The position numbers and the translations under genes are program-made. From a virus (lineage: Duplodnaviria; Heunggongvirae; Uroviricota; Caudoviricetes): 64,000 nucleotides of DNA. This document shows positions 1-9,698 of this stretch, in pieces. The DNA is taken from positions 1-64,000 of IMG/VR virus record IMGVR_UViG_3300047994_000277. The stretch is one strand, 5' to 3'. The number at the start of each line of letters is the position of its first letter. Position 1 is the stretch's first letter. The notes under the pieces are model-generated. The model was given only the letters and a program-made list of their open reading frames with translations, had not been told where the DNA came from and ran no database searches.

Positions 1-113
1 CCTGGATATATGAGCCGGTCAGTTTAACGCTTTGCATATTCGAATCCTTCCGTTAAGAGTTACTATCTATAATCAGCTTATCTAACCTAACGCGCCTTGT
101 CAAACTTATTTTT

Positions 114-506
114 TCAGTCAATGAATCGCGATTCGTGCGGCGTCTCTTCTTTAATAGATTCGGCACGTTGCGAGATAAGCTTAGCAAGTTTAGCCACGTC
201 TTTAGCGTTGCCCGTGATACCGATATAAGACGCATAACCTAATTCGTTATCGCGTTGCTTAGCGTTGCGATAGGCGCCCGAAATAGGGTTAGCGCCAGTT
301 ACAAGCCGCAACCCCTCGCGTTTCCAAACGAATGGCCGTTCATTTAGTGGTTGATCAGTCCTAAGGCCTTTAATAGCCGCGCGCCGCTTAGGCGTAACAG
401 GCAAGCCGCATGCCTCAAGTATTTCGCGAAACATAACCGCGCCGCGAACGCCGTCGGCGAAATGTGTTAGGTCAAATCCCCATGAGTCCTGCTTATTTTT
501 GGCCAT
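114..506 (-). CDS. hypothetical protein (130 aa)
   Basis: Complete ORF. AAAGGAGA Shine-Dalgarno 7 nt upstream of ATG at 506. First of a minus-strand gene block. Confidence 0.6.
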   Translation of the reverse strand: MAKNKQDSWGFDLTHFADGVRGAVMFREILEACGLPVTPKRRAAIKGLRTDQPLNERPFVWKREGLRLVTGANPISGAYRNAKQRDNELGYASYIGITGNAKDVAKLAKLISQRAESIKEETPHESRFID

Positions 507-569
507 GATCTTATCTCCTTTGTTTAAGTTACTTATTCAGGTTATCAGCGTTAACGCACCTAGTCAATA

Positions 570-839
570 CTAAAAACGGCGATATCGGCTCATAATTTCC
601 TTAGACCGTTCGCGCGCCGCCTTAGATCTAGCCGCTAGGTCGGGCGCGGCGGCAATGATCAAAGCCGCCTTATCCCTGATAATCCGCGTCCTATCCTCAA
701 GACTTAACGTTAAATGTTCTTTACTTACGCCTTTCGCTAATGATTCCGCGTCTTTAAGACATTCCTCTAAAAGTTGATACATGCCGACCATGTTCTCTTT
801 CGAATCGCAACCCCTTAGCGTTTCAAGTTCAATGAGCAA
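570..839 (-). CDS. hypothetical protein
   Basis: ORF in the track with a TTG start at 839. An in-frame ATG near 791 is an alternative start. No recognisable motif. Confidence 0.4.
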   Translation of the reverse strand: MLIELETLRGCDSKENMVGMYQLLEECLKDAESLAKGVSKEHLTLSLEDRTRIIRDKAALIIAAAPDLAARSKAARERSKEIMSRYRRF

Positions 840-869
840 CGTTTAGCAGTCCTTTGGCTTTTAGTCATT

Positions 870-1187
870 TTATTCCTTTGGGAACGTCATATTTAGGCTG
901 ATAAGCGCTTTAGCATATACGTGCTTTGACTGCTCCCGACCGTTGATTTTTGCAGGATCTAAACCGTTATCGTCGCAATAGTTCACATAATCGTCATATT
1001 CCTTGTTATCGCATGACATGATCCAATCCGCGATATCGACTAGCTTTTTAAGCCGCTTGCTATCTATTGAGACCTTTTTAGACTTTGGCATGCTATTCTC
1101 CTTTCGATTAGATAATTGAAACAGATAAGACTCTGAAAAATGCCTTATCGCGCGGTTTAAGTCTGGCGATAAGGCGCCGCATTGCAT
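870..1187 (-). CDS. hypothetical protein (105 aa)
   Basis: ORF on the same strand as its neighbours with compact spacing. Confidence 0.5.
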   Translation of the reverse strand: MQCGALSPDLNRAIRHFSESYLFQLSNRKENSMPKSKKVSIDSKRLKKLVDIADWIMSCDNKEYDDYVNYCDDNGLDPAKINGREQSKHVYAKALISLNMTFPKE

Positions 1188-1274
1188 CTCTAGCGCATAC
1201 GCCGTTAAAGCTATCGGTATGCGTTTCGCCCCTCAGTGAATAACGAATTTCGACCGTTTTAATGTATCGCATGG

Positions 1275-1667
1275 CTAACTCCTTTGACGCATTGTGTTAA
1301 ACTTAGCATATAGCCTGTTTAACGATTTAGCAAGCGATCTTTTACTAACCGGATCAGGGCTTAGAGCGCAAACGTTTCGGGCCAGTCTATCGGCGGTCCT
1401 CAAGACCTCATTTAGAATAGTCAGCATGTTATCAGTACTGGCTAAATCAACTTGCTTTAACGCGTCCATCTCTAAAAGCAAGTTGCACGCACGTTTTTGG
1501 ATAGCGGCTAAAATCTCTTCGGGAGTCATATCCAGGTTAACCGCGTCCAGGTCAGGGCGCCTAATGACTAGTGGCGCGTGATACTGAATTTCAGTCAGAT
1601 CGGGCAAAAGTTCACTAACCCCAAAAAATCCGATTAGAATACCCATGAGACCTAATACTGATTTCAT
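1275..1667 (-). CDS. hypothetical protein with hydrophobic N-terminus (130 aa)
   Basis: N-terminus MKSVLGLMGILIGFFGV looks like a transmembrane or signal segment. The antisense ORF 1294..1581 is judged spurious. Confidence 0.5.
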   Translation of the reverse strand: MKSVLGLMGILIGFFGVSELLPDLTEIQYHAPLVIRRPDLDAVNLDMTPEEILAAIQKRACNLLLEMDALKQVDLASTDNMLTILNEVLRTADRLARNVCALSPDPVSKRSLAKSLNRLYAKFNTMRQRS

Positions 1668-3575
1668 TTAGTTACCCGTAACAAGGCTAGGTATGGTAAA
1701 ACGTAACATGTTGAAAGCTTTGTTATTTTTCCTTTCATTTAGCGATCGGCGTTTTTAAATCAAGCGGCTTAGCCGATCTTTTAGCCGCCTGATAAGTTGC
1801 TATGCATGGAGTCATTGCATCGTGCGTGCCAGACCTAAGGCCATGATTAGAATAAGCTAAATGTTAACAATTCACGGTTATCTTTTAGCTATTGTCAAAG
1901 CGTTAGACAATTGACTACAAAATCATTGAGATTTTCCACGGCGTTGGAATTTAGAATTGAATAATATCAATATGTTGTGAATGTCGAACTTTTAGGCGCA
2001 AAAATGTCATTTCGGCCTAAGTTGCGGGAATGTCTTATAAAGCGCTTTGAGTATTTCGATACATTTTCCGCAGATATACCGATAGCCGCGTTCGGCGGTT
2101 AGCCGTTCGGCTTTACAGCATTCGCATACGGCATAACTAGGCATGACCTCTAATCGGTTATCAATGGCCTAACTTTAACCGTATCTCATTCTATACTGAA
2201 TCGCTCAACTGTATATTATGAGACACATGCAAAAGCTATTCCATTGAGGCTTAACCATTCCAGCCATTCCCTAGAGACCTTATAAGACGCATTCCCTGAC
2301 TTTATAGAGCGACTATTCCAATCTTAGCCGTATGGTATGACTTTACTAGTCTAGTGCTAAGGCAAGGCTAATAAGGCGATCCGGCAAGTCCATTAGAGGC
2401 GCGTCCGATTCAGTGCATCCAATTGCAATGCGTATCCCTAACGGGCTTTGTTTTACATAATATGGGAATGAACGCACGTTATAAGTTAGGGTATCGGCTA
2501 GAATAGCCGCGCCCTAAAGACGATTAGCGCTTAATGATAGCTAAATCCCCAATTCTATTAATGGGTTAGGTGAACTATTATGGTCTAATCGCGGCTTGCC
2601 GCATGGTCAAGGCTTGTCTAGTCAAAGCAAAAACCCTGGAAAAATGGGGTTTTTACGCGCCGCGTTCTTTCGGTGCAACTTGATTTTCCTGCTAACACGG
2701 TTAGCGGGATTTTGTGCGTCTTAAGCGTGAACTACCCTAGCAATTTCGCCGATAATCCTAACCGTGTCCGCAATGGCAAAAACGGCAACCACGACCATAA
2801 AAACATTAATCATGCGATCGAACATGTTAGACTCCTTTGGTTTAGATATTTTGACCTAGCGCTAGCGCCGCAACCACTAGGCTAACGGCTAACATATACC
2901 AGTTAGCTCCTTTGGCCTCATTCCCTGTTATCCTATCCGTCTCTTTAATTTCGAAATATACACGCATGTTAGCTCCTTTGGCTTAACAGCCTATGCCGTT
3001 GCGGTCCATAAAGGTCATTATCTGGCGTTCCTTAGCCGTATGGGATTTTCCATGCATTCCAAGTCTAACCATTAGTCGCAACATATAAACTCCATTCCTT
3101 TGGCTTAACAGCATTGTATGACCATAGATCAGTGCATCTAGCATGCCTAAGGTAACTAAGCGGATTAAGGCAACTATGAAGTCTAGAACATGGCGATCTT
3201 TTAGGCAGTGCATCAAGCTTGGACGTGTCGGCTGGGACAACCGCAATGATAACAAGGATTTAGCTGTTTACTATAAACTAAACAGACCTAGCGCGGGCGC
3301 CTTTATATGTATGCGCGTGGCGCGGCTACAGAGCGGCTAGCCGTCGGTCGGAATGGCGGTCAAAGGCATTAGGCTTGCTAAAGCAACTTGCATGCCTTAG
3401 GGTGTTCACGCCCCATGTGTATTTGAGATGACGACACATGTAACCTGACACTGTTAGCGTGGTTGACGGCGCGCGGCGCAAGGTCGTGTAAGCACTCAGA
3501 AAAACCGGTTATCGGGGTCTGGCCTATTAGGGCCGCCCTAGCCCTTATGTACTTGAACATGAACACATGAAAAAA

Positions 3576-3643
3576 TTTTTCCAAAATTCCCCACGATCCC
3601 GCTGGATCCGTCCGCTTTTTTCCAAAAAATTTTTTCCAAAAAA
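3576..3643. repeat. three copies of TTTTTCCAAAA(AA) within about 70 bp
   Basis: Copies at 3576-3586, 3616-3629 and 3631-3643. Each is itself A/T-symmetric. They lie in the 2.3 kb non-coding divergent region. Confidence 0.5.
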
Positions 3644-3835
3644 ATCGCGCAGTTCGACCGTTTTCTCCTAGGCGCCCCCTTCGTTTATAATCCCAGCAAT
3701 CGCCACCCGCGTCGATTAGAAGCGTTATGAGAGCCTCTGAGCAGCTCCGTCGGAGGCCTGATCGAGCTTGCCCTAATTGTCTTTAAAAGAGCCCTTAACC
3801 CCGACTTGCGCCCTTAACCGTCCTTTTGAGGACTT

Positions 3836-3881
3836 TTATACCCGCAAAGGTATAACGGCGTTTTATCCCTTTAAGGGTATA
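3836..3881. promoter_or_regulatory. operator-like inverted repeats sharing TATACC/GGTATA half-sites
   Basis: TTATACC-cgcaaa-GGTATAA at 3836-3855 is a perfect 7 bp inverted repeat. TATCCCTTTAAGGGTATA at 3864-3881 is an imperfect palindrome. A 10 bp direct repeat GCCCTTAACC sits at 3791-3800 and 3810-3819. Confidence 0.35.
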
Positions 3882-4033
3882 CGCGCTCGCGCATAAACCA
3901 TCGATGATACCTTATTGCGTATAAGAACTCATCCATTGAGCCCCAAACCCTTTCGAAACCGTTTTCAATCGCAAGCTCCACGGGCCTCCTGCAAAAACCT
4001 CAACCTAGCTGAGATCCTGCCAATCTTAGGGGT

Positions 4034-4405
4034 ATGGCAACTCCCCCTTTAGCCTCTGCGGCCCTTATAACCTCCGAAGCCGACCTCGCTGCGCTCCAAG
4101 CGACGGCAAATCAAAACTTCATCGATCAGGCTGTGGCGGCCATTTCAAACGCGCAAGCGCAGGGTCAACAGGTGGTTTACATGACCACCTTCCAGTATTG
4201 CGATTTCAACTACCTTGCTACCTACTTCCAGCAAAAAGGCTACACGGTTGTTTTCCCCGATTACGCCCCAAGCAACGGCGCCCAGCCCGCCGGCCTTTTC
4301 GGACCCGACTGGGTAGCGTACTGGCAAAACCAATTGATCCCAACCGGTCTCAAACCTCAGAATCCAATTCGCATGGGTTTTGCCTGGTCCTTGCCCACGG
4401 CCTAA
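4034..4405 (+). CDS. hypothetical protein (123 aa)
   Basis: First ORF of the long plus-strand block. Ala/Gln-rich N-terminus. Confidence 0.5.
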   Translation: MATPPLASAALITSEADLAALQATANQNFIDQAVAAISNAQAQGQQVVYMTTFQYCDFNYLATYFQQKGYTVVFPDYAPSNGAQPAGLFGPDWVAYWQNQLIPTGLKPQNPIRMGFAWSLPTA

Positions 4406-4489
4406 AAACTACCGGTTTATCTCATCGCTCCAAAAGCGGTAGTTTTGCCTACCAATAGTCGCTCCATGATATAGACCGCAGAGGTTTAT

Positions 4490-5314
4490 ATGAGTGATAT
4501 TTCCAAAGATTTAGAAAATTTAAATAAGGCGCTTGAAGCCACCCATGAATTGCAGCCAGGTCCGGCACTTAATACTACGGACTTGACCCAAATGGCGGAT
4601 CCATATCTGACAGATGCTGCTAAGACTGCATTAGCCAAAAAATCGACTTCCCAAGTTATAGTTGATAACGGCGAAGCCTATGTTTCGGTTTACCTTTGTG
4701 CAATGTCGATTGTAGGGGAAGAGGAAGAGGCGGTTAAAGAGCTAGCCGGTGCCGTGAACCTACTTGTTGAAAAAGGTCTTGTTCACTCTGCGCTTGCGCG
4801 TTTTAGCTCGGTTAGACTTGCCGAGATGCCTCGCCAGCACCCTGGCGCGGTTGTTTTAGTTTTTCCACTTGTTCCTGCTAAAAGGGAACAGGAAGCTAGG
4901 GATATCGCCGGTTCCTATCTGATGCGAGAAGGTGAAATGCCAGACCCTTCTATTCTAGATAAGACGCTTCCTGAAGGACAGTTTTTCGCCGACATCAGGG
5001 TATGGTCGCTTGACCAGGCGCCGAAGGACGAGAAGGGTTACTTCGATAGCGATAAAGCTGCTCAAATTCAAGTAGAGCAGTATCTTAAAGTTCTGCCCGA
5101 AGGCACCTTTCTGGTAAGCTGCCATAAAAAGGCCATTACGGATCTTTCTGTCCCTTACGAGGTCATTTTCTCCAATCCACTTCTTCCTTCGATTAAAGAA
5201 GTTTCTCTTCAGCATATTCGCCATCTTGAAAGAGTTCGCGGTGAAGTTAAGCAAATGAACCTACTTGTCGGTGTCGAGTATACGACCCGCGATGACAAGA
5301 AAATTAAGTTCTGA
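4490..5314 (+). CDS. hypothetical protein (274 aa)
   Basis: ATG at 4490 preceded by a GAGG Shine-Dalgarno. No recognised motif. Confidence 0.6.
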   Translation: MSDISKDLENLNKALEATHELQPGPALNTTDLTQMADPYLTDAAKTALAKKSTSQVIVDNGEAYVSVYLCAMSIVGEEEEAVKELAGAVNLLVEKGLVHSALARFSSVRLAEMPRQHPGAVVLVFPLVPAKREQEARDIAGSYLMREGEMPDPSILDKTLPEGQFFADIRVWSLDQAPKDEKGYFDSDKAAQIQVEQYLKVLPEGTFLVSCHKKAITDLSVPYEVIFSNPLLPSIKEVSLQHIRHLERVRGEVKQMNLLVGVEYTTRDDKKIKF

Positions 5315-5452
5315 CCGTTTTAGTATTCTATTCAAAAACCATGCCAGCGCTTTGCGTCGCTGCGCGACGCCTTTGGTACCTGAAAAAAGAATTTGACGCG
5401 CCTGGTCAAGCGTGCGACTATAGACCTAGCCTCACGGCAGAAAGTAGGGTCT

Positions 5453-6307
5453 ATGAAGCAGTTCGTATGTTGTATCCTTTCTTTTTCGCTCCTTCTCCTC
5501 TCGGCCTGTAATGATGGATCGGCCCCAGCGGCGGCCAGTGCTGGTTCCTCGCCCGCACCGGTTCATAAGCGGTACCTGGCCTCAAACGTCGTCTTTAGCG
5601 GTGCCTCTCTGTCTCGTGCCCGATCGTTCTCGGCAAGGGCTTTGGATGACGTCGATACCTCAACCAAAATCCTGGCCTCAGATATCATCTTGGATGACAA
5701 CAACTCGACTCGTCTGGTCTCAACAGACCTTCAAACGGCCCTGAACCAAGAAATTGCTCCAAACATTGAAACCAAGTTGAAAGGCCATACTTGGACGGTC
5801 TCGCACAAAATGATGCACATGGTGGCTGCTTTGGGCGATGCTGGCATCTCGGATCTTCCCCAGTACGGCCACTTCAATACGGTGGATGGTAGCAGTAACC
5901 CCGTCGTGAACTCTGACCTTCAGGCGATCATCGACAACTCTCAGGTGACGTTTAACTCAGACGGCACGTTCTCCATTGACTCTGGTTGCTTTGGCGTGAT
6001 CCATAAGGATGCCTGTGCGGATATGGGTCACAACTACGGATGGGTGAACATGAACGCCGGAACCTCTCCTGCGCCCTCGTTCCAGGCCGTCAGTGACTCC
6101 CATTTGATGTTCACCTTCCAGCTGGTCTCATATGACATCAACGGCAACCCGATCAACGCCTCGTCTGATCACAGCGGATCTTGGGAGGTCAGAACGGTTC
6201 AAGTCCTGTCAACCGATGCCACTACGGTGGTCCTGATGGGTGTCGGGGATCCCTCGCGGACCATTTTCCGTGGTCAGGAAGTGGTCGTCCTAACGTTGGT
6301 GCAATAA
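5453..6307 (+). CDS. putative lipoprotein
   Basis: Internal ATG at 5453 with an AGGG Shine-Dalgarno gives MKQFVCCILSFSLLLLSAC. This is a type II signal peptide with lipobox L-S-A-C. The track ORF begins at an upstream TTG at 5393. Confidence 0.6.
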   Translation: MKQFVCCILSFSLLLLSACNDGSAPAAASAGSSPAPVHKRYLASNVVFSGASLSRARSFSARALDDVDTSTKILASDIILDDNNSTRLVSTDLQTALNQEIAPNIETKLKGHTWTVSHKMMHMVAALGDAGISDLPQYGHFNTVDGSSNPVVNSDLQAIIDNSQVTFNSDGTFSIDSGCFGVIHKDACADMGHNYGWVNMNAGTSPAPSFQAVSDSHLMFTFQLVSYDINGNPINASSDHSGSWEVRTVQVLSTDATTVVLMGVGDPSRTIFRGQEVVVLTLVQ

Positions 6308-6309
6308 AT

Positions 6310-7287
6310 ATGAAGTTCCTCATCCTGCTACTGTTGGTTCAGTCCGCTTGGGCTGATGAATGGTTTTGCACGTCCCAAAGTTCGAAAAAGGAGGGGAATG
6401 GATATCTGGTATGCGGCGTTGGTCGAGGCTCGGACGTGGCCTCGGCCAGGGAAGATTCACTAGATCAGGCCAAGAAGGAGTTTCAGGGTCTATGTGCGCA
6501 GAGCGCCGATTGTCGGTGGCACGATGCCGTAGTGGAACCACTTAGGACGGCCTGTTCGGAAAAGGAGGGTCAGTTTGTTTGCTATCGGGCCGTGAAGTAC
6601 ACCCTTTCGTCCGTACCACCTCCTAAGCCGGCAGCAGATCGCCCTCTTTACCCTGAATCAATTGATGAGGAAATGTCCCAAAGGGCCGAAGCGGCCAATC
6701 CCATTTTACCAAAGGACACCTCGTATCGCGTGTTCAAGGCAAAGACGGCTGAAGAGGTTCACGATCTGCTCTGTAAGGGACCAAGGCCTCAGGTCAGCTA
6801 TTCATTTGTGTTCCATCCGCAAGGTCATCCTGGGCTGCCCATAGATCAGGCGGAGCAACTGAGGGCGCAGGACATCGCGCGCGCGAAGGTCCATTTCAAG
6901 TCCTTACTGTTTTACGTAGGTGCCGTGGGAGCAACGGATCCGAAAATCCCAAAGAACCGTTGGTACGAGGATTCTTACGTTCCGCAAAGCACCGCCCTGA
7001 GTGATTTGATCGAGAACTACACTTATATGTGGGAAAAATCCGAGATTAAAAGACTCAAGACGGATCGAGGTGTGATGACCGAACTAGGACACTTGGAATC
7101 AGAAGAGGATACGTCCACGCCAACGACCGCGCTTCGTAACCGCACCTCTCTGTGGATCCAAGTTCTCGCAGCATCGACTTCTTTGACCAGCCAGCCCTTG
7201 GGATCTGGTGACATCAAGTTCAAGGCCGATTTAGATCTCGCGTTGGCCTGTACGGCCATTCCTATAAGTCAATTGATTTCAAAATAA
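6310..7287 (+). CDS. secreted protein with signal peptide
   Basis: ATG at 6310 lies 2 nt after the upstream stop. MKFLILLLLVQSAWA is a cleavable signal peptide. The mature part is Cys-containing. Confidence 0.6.
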   Translation: MKFLILLLLVQSAWADEWFCTSQSSKKEGNGYLVCGVGRGSDVASAREDSLDQAKKEFQGLCAQSADCRWHDAVVEPLRTACSEKEGQFVCYRAVKYTLSSVPPPKPAADRPLYPESIDEEMSQRAEAANPILPKDTSYRVFKAKTAEEVHDLLCKGPRPQVSYSFVFHPQGHPGLPIDQAEQLRAQDIARAKVHFKSLLFYVGAVGATDPKIPKNRWYEDSYVPQSTALSDLIENYTYMWEKSEIKRLKTDRGVMTELGHLESEEDTSTPTTALRNRTSLWIQVLAASTSLTSQPLGSGDIKFKADLDLALACTAIPISQLISK

Positions 7288-7300
7288 AGAGGGTATTTCC

Positions 7301-7852
7301 ATGGGAGTCCGCAAATTACACGTTAACCATGTGCCTTTGATAGATATCGAATCACTTGCAAAACCCGTGCCATATGTGGGGAATCTCTTCGCCCATCCTT
7401 TTGTGGATGTGATCGAAGCGACCCTTTACGCGCTTGGGTTTGAGGATCCGGCTCTCTGCAGGCACATGAGTCACGATCGTATTGTTTGGTCCGCATCTTT
7501 TGATAACTCCATCATTTGCCGTTTTCAACTATTTTTGAACGGCTTTAGGGAAGTCGTAGTCAGCTTGACTTGTACGATCGGGCAGGCCGTAGAGGATCCG
7601 GTTAAACGAGAAAAGCTGTATGGGATCTTGCTTTTAAAGAATCGGACCTCAGAAGCGCCTTGGGGCTTTTCCTTGGACATGGCCACCTTCGTGATGGTCA
7701 ACTTTGAGTGCAATGCCCAGTGGATGACTCCTGACCATCTGGCCTTTAGGACCTACTCCATACCCGCTCACGGCGCTGAATTTCACGCCCTGTTCTTGTG
7801 CGCCGGTCTCATACAACTCCTACCTGCATCTTATTTTCAGATTTACGCTTGA
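7301..7852 (+). CDS. hypothetical protein (183 aa)
   Basis: AAGAGGG Shine-Dalgarno upstream of ATG at 7301. Confidence 0.55.
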   Translation: MGVRKLHVNHVPLIDIESLAKPVPYVGNLFAHPFVDVIEATLYALGFEDPALCRHMSHDRIVWSASFDNSIICRFQLFLNGFREVVVSLTCTIGQAVEDPVKREKLYGILLLKNRTSEAPWGFSLDMATFVMVNFECNAQWMTPDHLAFRTYSIPAHGAEFHALFLCAGLIQLLPASYFQIYA

Positions 7853-7883
7853 CTCGTGCAAGGATTGTGCCCATACTATAATT

Positions 7884-8007
7884 CGAAGGGTAGCTCAGTT
7901 GGTAGAGCGCCAGTTAGATTAACTGGAGGTCGCGGTGCGGAAAGCTAGTACCTAGGGACGCCTAGTGAAGACGAGTAATGCGAGTTCGAATCCCGCCCCT
8001 TCGACCA
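7884..8007 (+). tRNA. tRNA-like gene with an atypical 48 nt insertion
   Basis: Acceptor stem CGAAGGG (7884-7890) pairs with CCCTTCG (7997-8003), followed by A and CCA. D-arm GCTC-AGTTGGTA-GAGC. Anticodon-type hairpin CCAGT-TAGATTA-ACTGG. T-arm GCGAG-TTCGAAT-CCCGC. About 48 nt lie between the variable region and the T-arm, including a CTAGG-GACG-CCTAG hairpin. Total length is about 124 nt. Confidence 0.45.
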
Positions 8008-8157
8008 TTTTTCCTGGGCAAAACACTTTAGCGAGTGGCCAGGACGCCGCAGGGACCTGAGCGCTAACTCGAAAGCATGGCTGGGCTGAACCCCCTGGCA
8101 GGATGAGGAATTGGTCCTTCCTTTTGGGAGTGTAGCGGCGTTACATTTAGAGGACAC

Positions 8158-8355
8158 ATGTTTTTAACGCCAAATAAGTTGAATTACGGCACCTGTCCTC
8201 ACTGTAAGTTCGTCCTGAATCAATGGGACTACGTTCCATCCAGCGCCGTCGGAAGTAAAAATTTTGTTTACACGAAATGTCCAAATGACAAGTGCAAGAA
8301 AGACATCTTGGTCCGAGTTCGTATCACCATGGACGTTGAAGTTGAAGAAGTATGA
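8158..8355 (+). CDS. small zinc-ribbon protein
   Basis: Two Cys pairs: CPHC and CPNDKC. Its stop overlaps the next start (ATGA). Confidence 0.5.
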   Translation: MFLTPNKLNYGTCPHCKFVLNQWDYVPSSAVGSKNFVYTKCPNDKCKKDILVRVRITMDVEVEEV

Positions 8356-8744
8356 AATGGGCTTGGGGAGAACTCCTTGGAAAATCTGAATGTCCCTACA
8401 TTAAGAGATGGTACGTTGATTTCGGCCCGTTCTCGATCCGCCTACACCACTGGCTCTCCTCTGACGATCAAAGAAACTTTCACGATCATCCTTGGTGGTA
8501 TTGCAGCCTTGTTCTTCGCGGTTCTTATACTGATCGGTCTCCTAAGGGCAGTTCAAGACGGGGACCTGGATCTATCGACTATTTCCCAGCAACTCATCAA
8601 CACACAGTAGAGGTCGCGCCAGGCGGGTGCTGGACCATCCTGATCACTGGTCGTGAATCTCGCCAGTGGGGATTTTGGGTTAAGGGCAAGTTTAAAAAGC
8701 GCAATCGCTATTTCTATGATTTCGGTCATCATCCCTGCGAATAA
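8352..8744 (+). CDS. hypothetical His/Trp-rich protein
   Basis: ATGA-coupled to the upstream gene. Overlaps the alternative-frame ORF 8377..8610, which encodes a single transmembrane segment; which one is real cannot be decided. Confidence 0.4.
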   Translation: MKWAWGELLGKSECPYIKRWYVDFGPFSIRLHHWLSSDDQRNFHDHPWWYCSLVLRGSYTDRSPKGSSRRGPGSIDYFPATHQHTVEVAPGGCWTILITGRESRQWGFWVKGKFKKRNRYFYDFGHHPCE

Positions 8745-8908
8745 TTCTTGACCTCCTTATTCATCTAAGTTACCTTAATTTTACGAGCGGTGCCTGGCCC
8801 CAAAGGCAATAGGGTAGGCGAAGATATTCGTTCAATGGAGGGTTCAAATCCCTTCCTGGCTTTAGTCGCTAGCGCTGGTGACACGCTCCTTAATTTGAAA
8901 GGACTTAT

Positions 8909-9697
8909 ATGAAAAAGATCTGGTTTTTGATGGCTTTGGTTTTGGCGTCCGGTTGCACTCGCGTAAAGCAAGGTGAACTTGGCATCGTCAGTCACTTCTC
9001 TGGCACGGTCTCCGATGAGGCTGCTCATCCAGGTTTTAACATGACTATCTTTGATAGCATCGAGACTGTGGATGCCACAGAAGTTCGTGTTCCCATGACT
9101 GGACTTACGCCCAAAGATAAAGACGGCGTTCTGGTTACAGCCGCCGTTACAGCCACTTACCGCATCAATACGGAAAAAGCCGTGGCGTTCTTTAAACAGA
9201 CCCATGAAGTAGATCAGGTAAAGGAAAACGAGAGCACTATTACCGTTCTGGGCTATCGCGTCCTTGAGCAAGAAACGAATAACGCTACCCAAAAAGCCTT
9301 CTCTGAGTTTGCAGTGTCTGAGATCGTTCCTCGCAAGATGGAAATGGAAAAGCGTCTTAAAGAGCTGCTTCAACAGAAGATCGACGCTCGTTACGCCGAT
9401 GCTTTCATTATCGTGAACGTGAACATCAACGAGACCCGCCTGGGCGAGGCTGTCGAATTGGTTCTTCAATCACAAGCCATCGCTAAATCGCAAAAGCAGC
9501 TTCTTGAGTTGCAGAAAGATCTTTCCGAGCAAGAAACGGCTCTTCTTAATAAGAAGTTTGAAGGCATGAAGAAAGTGGCCGGCGCAGCTGGAATTCCTGT
9601 GGATAAGGTCATGGAGTACAAGCTTCGCGAACAGTACAACAACGTACTGTCTGAGATGGCGAAGAATCATTCGAATACTCAAGTTCAGGTAAAGTAA
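8909..9697 (+). CDS. SPFH/band-7 (stomatin/HflC-like) domain lipoprotein
   Basis: Lipobox LASGC at the N-terminus. SPFH-like segment LGIVSHFSGTV...TATYRI...FSEF, followed by a coiled-coil tail. Confidence 0.7.
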   Translation: MKKIWFLMALVLASGCTRVKQGELGIVSHFSGTVSDEAAHPGFNMTIFDSIETVDATEVRVPMTGLTPKDKDGVLVTAAVTATYRINTEKAVAFFKQTHEVDQVKENESTITVLGYRVLEQETNNATQKAFSEFAVSEIVPRKMEMEKRLKELLQQKIDARYADAFIIVNVNINETRLGEAVELVLQSQAIAKSQKQLLELQKDLSEQETALLNKKFEGMKKVAGAAGIPVDKVMEYKLREQYNNVLSEMAKNHSNTQVQVK

Positions 9698-9698
9698 T

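Noticed and set aside
7849-7882. TTGACT...TATAAT pair looking like a sigma-70 promoter just upstream of the tRNA-like gene.
   Set aside because: The spacer is about 22 nt (canonical is 16-18). An alternative -35 gives a spacer that is too short. Not called as a promoter.
7945-8157. 70 aa minus-strand ORF overlapping the tRNA-like element.
   Set aside because: It covers the tRNA-like structure and its flanking non-coding DNA. No ribosome-binding site is present and the sequence is Cys/Ser-rich, so the RNA gene interpretation is preferred.
8765-9469. 234 aa minus-strand ORF antisense to the SPFH lipoprotein gene.
   Set aside because: It fully overlaps a well-supported plus-strand gene with a lipobox and SPFH motifs. 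It has no Shine-Dalgarno sequence and a low-complexity translation, so it is probably spurious.
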